The notes below the pieces were generated by a model. It saw nothing but the letters and a program-made list of their open reading frames with translations. It searched no databases and was not told where the DNA came from. A DNA stretch of 63,905 bases, the filler included, from Stramenopiles sp. TOSAG23-3 (taxonomy: Eukaryota), in assembly GCA_900128585.1 (NCBI GenBank). It is 7 parts of 7 records of this genome, joined end to end, with 100 filler letters (N's around TTAATTAATTAA, not from the genome) between each part and the next. Parts side by side here need not be neighbours in the genome. Positions count along the whole stretch, not along the records: positions 9,178 to 18,251 come from LT642959.1; positions 18,352 to 27,416 come from LT642960.1; 5 more parts are not named here. One strand, written 5' to 3'. Position numbers and translations under genes: made by a program. Positions 9,483 through 19,595 of the stretch are shown piece after piece. Each line of letters opens with the position of its first letter. Within the stretch, counting starts at the first letter, position 1.

Positions 9483-11183
9483 ATGGGCGGTGGGGCTTGC
9501 TGCCGTCGAAAAGGTCGTAAGGGTGGTGGCCCGAGGTACGCTTCTCTATTTTTGTCTTATATTTTTGTTTATCAGGCTGCAATTTCGATATTTTTCGGTG
9601 TCCTCTTTCGTCATGCTAAAGGGTTTGTTGTCGCTGCGGAGAACGGGATCGACGCCGAAGACATAGCGTCTCAGCCGTATGAGAACTATTACGGCCGAGA
9701 ACCAGTTTTTCCTTCAAAATCTTTTGACCCCTCTGCGTTCGAGGAGGTGCGCCGAAGGCTTGATGCAGCATCCAGCAGCCCGTCTATCACGGTCGACGAA
9801 AACACCTCCACGTGGAATTCCATGCCTGCGCTGTCGAACAGCGACGGTTTGAACGCAACAGTGAGGGTTGTTGGCCATAAATTTTGTCCAAAGGACGTTA
9901 AATATTGTAGGGACTGGCAGTCCGTGTACGTGAACGGTCACTTGGCCACCATTTCGAACCCGCTCGATCACATGTCTGTACTTCCCCCGCCAAGGGGCTG
10001 TGGGACGCTCTCACAAGCCTCGGACACTTCAAAATCAAGGCGCGACCGACTACAAGGACGGGCGAAGTTTGGGTGCAAGGTGGCGATCAATGCTGGGTTT
10101 TTCATGCGACATGTCAAGGGCGTAAACAATAGTAATGTGCTGTGCGACTCGGAAGTGAAGAAGAACTGTGCGTGCCTCGGCAACCTGGTCAGCGACGGCG
10201 ATGTCCTTCAGGCGTCGAACTGGCTGAACGTTAACTTTGGGGTAAGGGATGGAAAGTTTGTGGTGGGTTACCTCACAAAAGAAGAAGTGGTAAGCAAATC
10301 CAACCCTTTCCAGCAGCTTGTTGGGGGGGTAATCTGGTTGGTAAGGAACGGGACCAATTTCGTGCTGGAGTCTGCCAAAATTGAAAATCCGACGGCCCAG
10401 CAGACAAGTCAAAAGCTTATGGAAAACAACAAGAACAGCTTTGTCGATACGTACGCTGCCCGCACGGCAATTGGGTACGACAAAGATGGCCGGCTTCTAA
10501 TATTTCAAGTGGACGGGCTTCACGGCCGCAGTTACGTTCCTGATGCACTGAAAAGAGGAATCGACCTGCAATCTTTTGCCGACTTGCTGATCAAACTTGG
10601 GTTCGTTGAAGCGATTAATCTCGATGGGGGTGGAAGTTCGACGTTTGTTGTGGACGACGACGTAGACTCTTACCCGTCGGACCAATGCAGAGAAGACGGG
10701 AAAGATTTTGTGTGCGAGCGTAAGATAACGTCTATCGTGTGCATACACGATGACGCCAAGCCCGCCGCGGACGATGGCGGCAATGGCGAAGGAAGCGCCA
10801 GCACGACGGGGGATCGGCCGGTCGCCCCGGACCAGGCGTCCCCAGTTGCCTTGGTCATCGTGCTGCTCATCAGCCTCGGCTTTAATGTCTTGTTTGGTCA
10901 CACTGCTGTGATGAAAAGCAGTGGCGGGCTACGGGTATGCTGCGAACGGGCTTGTCCAGTTTGCTGCCGAATGAATCGTGGCTACTCAAAGCTTGGGCAC
11001 CCCAGTGGAGGCCGTAAGCATGTCACGATTGATTTGTCAGACCTTGAAATAGAAATACCTCTGGAAGAGGTCACTCCCCAAAACAGCCCAACTGGAACCC
11101 CTGAAACAACGTCAAAAAAGAAATTGTCCGTGGTGCCGGCCAAGGGGGAGGAGGGCCACGATTTGCCGGAAGACAGTTTTTAG
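9483..11183 (+). CDS. NAGPA: N-acetylglucosamine-1-phosphodiester alpha-N-acetylglucosaminidase (uncovering enzyme)
   Basis: GHLATISNPL..SVL.P.GC, C.VAINAGFF, CLGNLVSDG, NFGVRDG..VVGYL, QLVGGVIWLVRNG, ARTAIG, AINLDGGGSST; N-terminal hydrophobic leader, C-terminal TM and cytosolic YSKL. Start assumed at first ATG. Confidence 0.92.
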   Translation: MGGGACCRRKGRKGGGPRYASLFLSYIFVYQAAISIFFGVLFRHAKGFVVAAENGIDAEDIASQPYENYYGREPVFPSKSFDPSAFEEVRRRLDAASSSPSITVDENTSTWNSMPALSNSDGLNATVRVVGHKFCPKDVKYCRDWQSVYVNGHLATISNPLDHMSVLPPPRGCGTLSQASDTSKSRRDRLQGRAKFGCKVAINAGFFMRHVKGVNNSNVLCDSEVKKNCACLGNLVSDGDVLQASNWLNVNFGVRDGKFVVGYLTKEEVVSKSNPFQQLVGGVIWLVRNGTNFVLESAKIENPTAQQTSQKLMENNKNSFVDTYAARTAIGYDKDGRLLIFQVDGLHGRSYVPDALKRGIDLQSFADLLIKLGFVEAINLDGGGSSTFVVDDDVDSYPSDQCREDGKDFVCERKITSIVCIHDDAKPAADDGGNGEGSASTTGDRPVAPDQASPVALVIVLLISLGFNVLFGHTAVMKSSGGLRVCCERACPVCCRMNRGYSKLGHPSGGRKHVTIDLSDLEIEIPLEEVTPQNSPTGTPETTSKKKLSVVPAKGEEGHDLPEDSF

Positions 11184-11360
11184 ACGAGAGGCACGAGGCT
11201 GTATATATAAACACGATTGTGTACTGTGTGTATTTCGTAGAAAGCTACAAAGTACAACAAAGTATGTTAACTTCAGGAACAAAATATCATATCATATGAT
11301 AACATTTTTTAAAACCATTCGCCCTCTTCACGCCTCGTTCTCTTTCCCGCCATCGCTGTG

Positions 11361-12290
11361 TTACTTCTTCTTGGGCTTCTTTGCTCCCAGCAGAAGAAAC
11401 GTAACGTAACCTGTTAGTTTTTCGTAGACCATAAATTGGAACGCGGCAGTCAAAATAGTCTGCCACATTTTCGCACTAAGTCCGCGGTACCACCCTGCAA
11501 AACCTTTTTCCTCGTACTCCTTCGTTAGGATACTGGCGGTAGTTGCGCCAGTTTTGTCGTTCCTGAGCCTGGACTGGGCCAACTGAAGCGGGTAGGTCAA
11601 CACGGTGGCCGTTGCCTTTGCGATTGCCCCACAGAGGAAGAAATCCAACGCAGTGACCGCGCGCTTTCTCCGCGAAGCCATGTATTGCGCCACCCTCCGG
11701 CAACGCTCGTACGCAACGAACTGGATGGTAGGATTTGAGCATAAGATAATAGAGGGTTTGACCCCGTTCCACAAGGCCCCAATCCCTTCCTCGGCGCGAA
11801 TTCGTGTCAATGTGTCCCACATCCCTTTGTAAAGCTTTTGCCCTGCATGCAAAGTTCTTCTGTTTTGCGTTGCCAATCGGGACATTGCCACCCAAAGTGG
11901 GGTGGTCGAAAGCACATTAATTATACCTGCGACGAAAGCAATCGCTAAGTTGGGGACAGCATCGATGGTGCTGGTTGCCGTGAAGGTCCTGTACATAGTC
12001 TTGAACGTCTCGTAGGTATAAAAATATACAAAGTTGCTGCAGCCAAGTGCTATCGCTTGTGCGGTCAAACCCTGGTACAAACCTTTTAAGCCTTGTTCCC
12101 TATATATGTTTTGCAAAATTTGAAATGTCCCTTCCTCCTTCAAGGTAGAGTCCACTTGGAGTTTTAGACGCACCGTATTCAAAGGATAAAATGTGGAAAT
12201 TGCGGTGAACCCACCTATTGCGCCAGACAGGGCATGGACAAAGGACCGTCGCGTAAACACCTCGCGTCGTATTGCTTCAAACGCCGACAT
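11361..12290 (-). CDS. SLC25A17: Peroxisomal adenine-nucleotide/CoA carrier (PMP34-like, mitochondrial carrier family)
   Basis: Three carrier repeats; HALSGAIGG, SNFVYFYTY, NVLSTTPLWV, SNPTIQF..YE, AKATATVLTYPLQ..QSRLR, K+WQTILTAAF. Confidence 0.88.
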   Translation of the reverse strand: MSAFEAIRREVFTRRSFVHALSGAIGGFTAISTFYPLNTVRLKLQVDSTLKEEGTFQILQNIYREQGLKGLYQGLTAQAIALGCSNFVYFYTYETFKTMYRTFTATSTIDAVPNLAIAFVAGIINVLSTTPLWVAMSRLATQNRRTLHAGQKLYKGMWDTLTRIRAEEGIGALWNGVKPSIILCSNPTIQFVAYERCRRVAQYMASRRKRAVTALDFFLCGAIAKATATVLTYPLQLAQSRLRNDKTGATTASILTKEYEEKGFAGWYRGLSAKMWQTILTAAFQFMVYEKLTGYVTFLLLGAKKPKKK

Positions 12291-12804
12291 ATTGTTAAAC
12301 CGTCGTGCTTTTTCTGAAAAGAGCAGTTTGAAGTATTTTCTTTTTCTTTCTGTCTCAGAATTTTTTTCAAATATTGTAGTTATCATTGCAGCGCTTTTCC
12401 TTTCTTTCCGGGATGCCGGGTGCCGCCCGGTGCATTCATTATACCTGTTGAGATTGTAGTTTTACTAATATAATAATTCAAAAAATTAATTTCCATCCCG
12501 CGCCCCTTCTTCGCCGCTGCTGCTAGCTGCTGCGGCCTCGAATTTTTTGGCACTCTCTTCTTGTGGCTAAAAACATTTTTTTTAGCCAGAAGAAAAAATA
12601 TAATAATTTATATATTAATAGTGTCTATACCTTAAATTATAATATTATAAAAAATAAGGAGGAGGAAGGATGATGATGATATTCTACTATAAAATAATTT
12701 AATATTATATATTTTTCAACAATCTTTCTTCTTTATTATGAACAAAAAAAATTCTGTCTTTTTACGAACTTCTGTGGCAAATTTGGTGAGAAACTGTACC
12801 TATA

Positions 12805-14349
12805 TTACATCTTGCGAATTGTTTCTATGCCCGCATTCCTTTCGTTTCTCGATTTTTTCTGGAAACGCGACCTTTTGCCACGCGCGTTGGCACAATCTAC
12901 AACGTAAGACCGATGCACAAGGATCCTCATTGCAGTAATTGCCGGCCCATCGGTGGCGCGTCCGTCGCCTTCCCCCATCATCGGGACAGCTCGTGCTGCG
13001 CTCACTCCAGACATGTATGCCCCGTCCGTGTAAGCATACCGTGCCCCATTTACATGCTCCCCGGCAAACAAGATGTTTCCAAACGGCGCAAGGAATGCTT
13101 CCCGTTCTCTATTTTCCCCATGGATCGGTACGTACGAGTAACTCCCGCGAGAAAACTCGTCGTTGTTCCAACGTGTAACAGCAGCAGCAACCGGTGGGGG
13201 GAAATTGGGGATAATTGTGTTCAAGATTTGCATTACGTGCTGGACAAGTCCATCTTTCCCTTCGCGGTCTGCAATCAGCGCACAATTACCCGCACAGAAG
13301 AACACCATCACCTGATCTTTGTTTGAACTGATATTTGCGAAATTAACAATGGCAGGAAACTCACCTTCTTCCAGAGGAATGTAAAAAACGAACGGTCGGT
13401 CAGACGGCAAAGGTAAGGTTCCATTGAACCGAACGATAACTTTTTCGACAGGCCCAGAGCCAATGTGCAAAATTGCATTGCGTACTGGCGCCAACAGTCT
13501 CGGGACAAAATCGATAAATTCGTGCTGCAGTACACCAATGGGAACTGTCAAAATTACTTTTGAAGCTTTAAATACTAAGGGAGTGCTAGTTTGCACATTT
13601 ACAACGGACGGATCTTCCTCATCCTGGTACAAACCTGTCACTGGGACATTCAAACGAATGGAAGACTGATTGATATACTTTTGACTGACCATATCAATCA
13701 ACTCCGCATACCCGTTCGGCAGTATTACCTGAGTTCCTCGAACATCACACCCATTCGCCCCGGGTACCACCCATGAAATATCATTACCCCCACAATCCCC
13801 AATTAGAATGCTTGAAAGCCAAATCATTAGCGTCTGCTCCGTTGGATCGTAGCCGTATTTCTCAAATACTATTGTCGCCGCTTCCTTGTAACTCATGGAC
13901 GCATTTCCCCGGGAGACTTCCTCTGTTTGTGAGTTAAACGTGTCCCACATGTTGCCTGCCTTTTCCTTGGCACTTTCGGACATCTGGGAACCGTTTGTCC
14001 AATACGCGTACGATGTGCTCCAAATATCCCAGTCCCCTGTTGTCGTCGGAAGATCAAACTCAGATGCGAATTTCATTATTGGGTTGTCAACAGTTCCGTG
14101 AATCCAGCTGCTTCCCATATCCAGCGGCATATCTTCCCCGACAGGGGTTGACGTCCATGATCGCCCGCCCAGTCGATCCCTTGCTTCCAGTAAAATGTAA
14201 GGCGTGCCCGCCTTTTCTAGCTCCACGGCAGCCCCCAAACCCGCCCAACCGCCGCCAACAATGATGACTGGGAATTCAGCCGAACTTTTTCCATGGCAAC
14301 ATGCCAAGGCAAGCAGAAGACTGCCGAAAAGTACTCCACGGTGGGTCAT
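12805..14349 (-). CDS. Secreted flavin-containing amine oxidase (polyamine oxidase/LSD1-like family)
   Basis: Signal-peptide-like N-terminus; GGGWAGLGAA, LLEARDRLGGR, DMGSSWIHG, TRWNNDEFSRGSYSY, FAGEH, GAYMSG. Confidence 0.9.
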   Translation of the reverse strand: MTHRGVLFGSLLLALACCHGKSSAEFPVIIVGGGWAGLGAAVELEKAGTPYILLEARDRLGGRSWTSTPVGEDMPLDMGSSWIHGTVDNPIMKFASEFDLPTTTGDWDIWSTSYAYWTNGSQMSESAKEKAGNMWDTFNSQTEEVSRGNASMSYKEAATIVFEKYGYDPTEQTLMIWLSSILIGDCGGNDISWVVPGANGCDVRGTQVILPNGYAELIDMVSQKYINQSSIRLNVPVTGLYQDEEDPSVVNVQTSTPLVFKASKVILTVPIGVLQHEFIDFVPRLLAPVRNAILHIGSGPVEKVIVRFNGTLPLPSDRPFVFYIPLEEGEFPAIVNFANISSNKDQVMVFFCAGNCALIADREGKDGLVQHVMQILNTIIPNFPPPVAAAVTRWNNDEFSRGSYSYVPIHGENREREAFLAPFGNILFAGEHVNGARYAYTDGAYMSGVSAARAVPMMGEGDGRATDGPAITAMRILVHRSYVVDCANARGKRSRFQKKSRNERNAGIETIRKM

Positions 14350-14778
14350 CTTCCCAGAAGTTGTCGGCAGCAGTAGCAAAATTAAATCGTAGACAAGGAT
14401 CCTCCAAAACTTCTATCGTTGCGAAAGTCACTTACGAAAGAAAAGCAAACGTTCTACAAAACATGCGTTGGTTATTATTATGCCCCCCCCGCAGCACCAT
14501 CATGATGTTTCTTCTTTTCACTTCTTTTTCTCGCTCCTCGCGTTAGGTACAACAACACCTGTCAGGTAATTTTATTATTCGTCAATACTACGAACCTGTA
14601 TATTCATGGAATACGGTACTTCTTATAATAAAAATATTCGAAAAACCGCAGCAGGTATCTATACTATCGAATACCTTGTTCATACCACGTGACAAAAAAA
14701 GTTTCAGTGTGATAAATATTACAAAGGTAAGAAAATTATTTGATTAATTTAAAATTTATGACAATATTTTTGTACATT

Positions 14779-17700
14779 CTACCTAGCACTCAAGTTCACC
14801 TGGCTGGTCCCAATGAACCTTGATTCCGTTTGAAGGGATGCCCCGCCAAAGGATTCTCCCCCACGTTTTCCAAAGGATTCGTCCAAGGACTGTATTTTCA
14901 ATGCCGGGAGTCCAGACGGGCGCGACTGTCGTAAACCATTTTGCCTCATCTCTGGGCTTATCAGGGAAGCAGTGCCCGATGGCCCGGGTCCGACAGCCCC
15001 GCTAAGGGACGACCCATTGTTTTTGTTCAAGAAGTCTATTAACATCTGGTCCAACTGGTCCGTCGCTAAATCGCCCGCACCGCTGCTGCCAAGCTGCTCC
15101 AATTGTGCGAGTTTGTCCGCATTCTTCCCCATCAAATAGTCGACATTTAATGTATCGTCCATGCTGACACTTTGGCCGTCCGTGAGCTGGCCAATTCCGC
15201 CACCTGGACTGCCCGCGGCATTGTACTCCGCGAGGAAAGAATTGTCTCCCCGAATAGGCGACAATTTCAACGGCGATTGTCTCCTTGGCTGAGATGGGGC
15301 ACGCGCAGAAAGTGACGACGCCGGTGCTGCTGCAGTTTGCCCGTCTGGAAATACAAATTTGCTCTGAGATGGGATTGACTCGTTCAACCCATGTGACTTG
15401 TTTTGTTGGGCGGTGGTCTGCATGTAATTGTCAAGCGCGTCCAGCCCTGCGGCCATGTTTTGCTTCTGCGGGCTGGTTGTCAAACGCAACGGCGACAGCT
15501 CCACGTTTGGATTCAAGTTTACTGTCTGGATCCCGTTCAACATTCCTGTCATCTTAAGAGAGTCCGATTCTCCCCGAAAGGCTTTTGGGGTGGCCGGCCC
15601 GCCCTCTAGCAGCCTGGTCAACTCTTCGTCTATTTGAGAACTCAGTGCCTTTTCCTGCGAGTGCACGAAATCTTCCAGGTACGCTGCGCTTTGCTTCTGT
15701 TTTTCCTCTTGGACCATACCCTTCAACTTTGCCAATTCGTTTTTGTACCTGTCCGATTCTGCTTCTCTAACATCTAGTTTTACTTGCATTTCCTTCAATA
15801 ACCGCATTTGTTTCTCCATTTGCTCTCTCATGTTATCGTGCTTTCGCAACAAAGACTGCTGCTCCTTTCGAATTGTTTCATTCCCTCGCGGAGAACGGTG
15901 TTGGCGAGCGGGTGGGGTTGCTGGTGCCGGTGCACTCCCGGGCTTGCGGGATTCAAATTGGTTGGGGGCACCTCCACCGCCCATTTTCTTTTCTGCGGAT
16001 GCCAGTCGTTCTTCCAGCTCTCGAATACGCTGCTGCTCCTTGGAGACTTCACCCCCGTTGTGCCGCGGAGGACGGCCGTGCTGCGGGGCTGCGTTTGCTA
16101 TCATCGGTCTGGGCCTTCCGTTTGCGGGCCGTTCGTTTGGCGGGGACTTTGTGGGTGTTCTCCCCAGTCCACCACCTGGTTCTCCGACCGCGGGCGAATT
16201 GTTGGCAGGGCCCCCTTTTTTATGAGGGGGTGTTCTGCCACTCTTTTCGTATTGGTACTGTTTCGCCAGCTCGGCCCGGTCTTTGGCAATGCGCTCGTCC
16301 TCTTTCCGCTGGCGCTCCCTCTCCCTCTGTTGCTCTAGCTCTTTTGCGCGTTTTTTCGCTTTGATCTGCTCGTCCAGCAGCGTCTTTTGCTCTGCCTCTT
16401 TCTTGGCTTTTTTTGCCTTTATTTCATCGTCGTACGCCTTTTTCAGCTCATCGCGCTCTCGCTGAAGTCGCAATTCTTCCTGCTCGGCTTCCATCTTTTC
16501 TTTCGCTTTTTGGGCCTCTTTGCGGCGGCGGTTCGCTTCAACCTGTTCCGATAGAAGCGCGTTTTGTCGCTTTGCTTGTTCGTGCCGCTGCATTAGCGCA
16601 TCTATTTCTGCTGGGTCCTTTAAACCGTCGCGAAAGCGGTGCTTCGCATATTCCGGATCGTTGTTAACATTTGCGCCCACACGCTCGTTAAGTACCATGC
16701 TGAGGTGATCTTGCTGGTTGTGCGCGCGTGCTTGATTGTGGAGGCCGGCCTGGCCTCCTGGCGCAGCGCCCATGCCCATACCTGCTCTCATTGGCTGCCC
16801 CATGCCGTTCACCGCCGGCATGTTCATATGTGGCATATTGTTCGCTTGCTGCGGCCCACCCATGTTGCCCTGGGGGGCTCGATACCCCATGCCACCCATG
16901 TTCTGGAGTGGCAGCTGGCCCACTGGCCCGGGCCCTACCTGTTGGACTCGATTCGGCAAGGCATCGACTGCTCTATTCGGATTCGTGTTGATCCCACCCC
17001 CTCGCGAGTACATTTCTGATTTGGCCCTGCTCGCCTGCCGGTTCACCCCCGCGGCTCCAATCGGCTGCAGTCCTACTTGGGCCTTTTCCATGTGCCGGCG
17101 CTCTTCTTCCTGCAACTTCATGTTCTCCATTTTCTTTCGCTCGTTCTTCATCTGTATTTGTGCGTCTAATTCAGCTAAATAGGCGTTTTCTCGCTGTTTC
17201 TTTGCTAATTTCGCCTGGCTTTCCATTGGGTCGGCCCCATACATGTTGCTGGCCGCCCCTCCGCGATGCCGTCGACCGTCTAACGGCTGCATATTTCTTC
17301 CCATTTGACCCATCAAACCGCCGTTCCCGCCCGCTGCGTGCGCATTCGACATGTTTGCCCTTTGCTTCGCCTGCATCTGGGCGTCCAGGTCGGCTTTGTA
17401 CTGCCTCTGCCGCATCAGGTTCCGCTGCGCTTCTGAGTCCCCCCTTGGCTGCCTGTTCATTCGAGAGCCGTCGACTGGCTGCCTATTTCCCCCAAACAAC
17501 ATTCCGCCCCCGCTCACTTCGTTCGCGCGGGCCATTGCATGCTGTTGTTTTGCTTGCATCTGGGCATCCAGCTCTGCTTTGTACTGCCGCTGTCGTGTTA
17601 AATTTTGCTGCGCCACGGGGTCCACAGGATTCTGCTGCTGTGACCGAACGCCTGTCGTCGGCTGGTGGTTTCCCCCAAAATAGGCATCGTTCCCGCCGGC

Positions 17701-18251
17701 CCCACCCCCGCCCCGGCGCGCTTCTGCCTTTTCACGGGCTTTTCGCTGCTCTTGCAGCTGCATCTGCTCCCTAAGTTCGTTTGCATAATTTTTCTTCGCG
17801 TCCATTCTCCGCTTCTCCGTTGGATCCCCGAAACTGTTTGGCCCACTGTTCGGCACGGCATTTGAACCGATCGCCATGTTCGACGTGGGGTTCCTCGACG
17901 TATCGTTCCGCAACTCAAGCTGTTTCCGCTCCATAATTTGGTTCTGGAGCTCGGCTGCATAGTTTGCTTGGGAATTTCTTTGGAGCTTTCTTGCTTGGTC
18001 GGCCGGGGGGGCTCCCGTCATCGGTCCGCTCATTCCACTTGCACTGGTTGGCTGCGATGGTCGGCCTTGTTGGGGTGCCCTGTGCAGCGGCGGCTGCTGT
18101 TGCTGCATTTGCATTTGGGGATCTCGACGACGGGGCATTTCCGCCCGAGTGTTCGCGGCGACCCCACTCGGCCCTGTAGCGGGCAGCATTTGCCCTCGCA
18201 CGGGGGCTGCGGCAGCGCCCCCTCCCCCGTGGCGCCTCTGAGCGTGCGCCC
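14779..18251 (-). CDS. CSPP1/CCDC66-like ciliary/centrosomal coiled-coil protein (5'-truncated at spacer)
   Basis: Repeated Y..EL..Q+..+ helices in Q/G/M-rich linkers; LSEQVEANRRRKE..K.KE..E.EQEELRL.RER..LKKAY.DE resembles the CCDC66 domain. Confidence 0.65.
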
Positions 18252-18351
18252 NNNNNNNNNNNNNNNNNNNNNNNNNNNNNNNNNNNNNNNNNNNNTTAAT
18301 TAATTAANNNNNNNNNNNNNNNNNNNNNNNNNNNNNNNNNNNNNNNNNNNN
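18252..18351. other. Artificial contig spacer
   Basis: 44N-TTAATTAATTAA-44N. Confidence 0.97.
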
Positions 18352-18786
18352 TTTTAAAATATTTTGTAGAAAAGAGGAAGAGGGAAGATGATAAAATAAA
18401 ATAAAAAATATGTGTAAAACTGTTGTTGTCGTCATTCATTCATATTCTATTATAATAACATCATACCAGCAGGTGGTAAGTCAGTCACACAAAAAAAAAA
18501 AAGGAAACAACAACAATAATATATTATTATTATCATCAACAAATAATAATGAACGACGAAGCAACCAAACGTAACGGGGGAAACGGGTTCCGAATACTTT
18601 ACCATTTTGGTATTATCATTGTCGTCCGTTTTATACGTATTATTGGAATGATAAATACTTTATCCCATTACATAATCGAAAGAATAAATTTGCCGTTCTA
18701 GTTTTTTTTTAATTGAATAACTACCGCCTTGATACATATACGAAGAGTAGTTATTGGAAACGGTTTTGGTGAATACGAATACCACC

Positions 18787-19245
18787 ATGGCAAGTACACT
18801 TTCTGCTAGCGAACTAGCAGAATTCCGAGAAATATTCGACTTGGTCGACAAGGACAAAGGAGGAAGTATCTCGCGAGAGGAATTGGGAGAATTAATGGAT
18901 ACGTTAGGTATTCGAGCAAGTAAGGAAGAGATCGATCTTATGATCAATGAAATAGATGAGGACAATAATGGGGAAATTGATTTTGAAGAGTTTGTTGCAG
19001 TAATGTCCCGGAGGGTTAACGCTAGTTATACGGCTGACCAGGTAAAGAAAGCTTTCAAGGCCTTCGAGACCCCGGGATCTTCCGGTTATTGCACAATAGA
19101 ATCGCTTCGCAAAGCATTGATGTCGTACGGTACCGACAAGCTGTCACTTCAACAGGCAAACGATCTTTTGAGTCAATTGGAACAGGACAGCCAGGGCCGC
19201 ATTAACTACGTGGACTATGTAAATATGATGATGGGGTCTTCGTGA
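18787..19245 (+). CDS. Calmodulin-like EF-hand protein
   Basis: Canonical EF1 DKDKGGSISREE and EF2 DEDNNGEIDFEE; degenerate EF3/EF4; ACCACCATGG start context. Confidence 0.92.
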   Translation: MASTLSASELAEFREIFDLVDKDKGGSISREELGELMDTLGIRASKEEIDLMINEIDEDNNGEIDFEEFVAVMSRRVNASYTADQVKKAFKAFETPGSSGYCTIESLRKALMSYGTDKLSLQQANDLLSQLEQDSQGRINYVDYVNMMMGSS

Positions 19246-19595
19246 TGAAGGTGCTACAAATGGCAGAGTTTTTTATTTTATTCAAATAGTTGCCCTGTCC
19301 ATGATGTCGTGAAAGGGCCGGGTGAACGTGTTCTGCATTGGAACGAAGCGAGTCATTGTGTTGAAACTTGGCTTGGAGGTGGATGTTTCAAGCCTGTGTA
19401 AATCTGAATCAATATCTTAATAACAGCATGTTTATAAAACAAAATAACACATCAGACTATGATATGATACGAGTAAATCGATCAGGAAAAACACAGGAGC
19501 AGATACAAGTCATATATATTACGTATAACTTTTGGATGAATATCTCTAAATAAGAGCGCCATTATTTTGTTTTTAAATCCCATCTCTAGTAAAAC

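Noticed and set aside
12564-12588. 10-bp inverted repeat TGGCTAAAAA/TTTTTAGCCA as terminator or element
   Set aside because: Short, half homopolymer, single occurrence; plausible by chance.
14820-18303. Numerous 60-200 aa plus-strand ORFs overlapping the CSPP1-like gene (similar shadows occur in other genes)
   Set aside because: Antisense or off-frame by-products of GC-rich coding sequence with no recognisable motifs.
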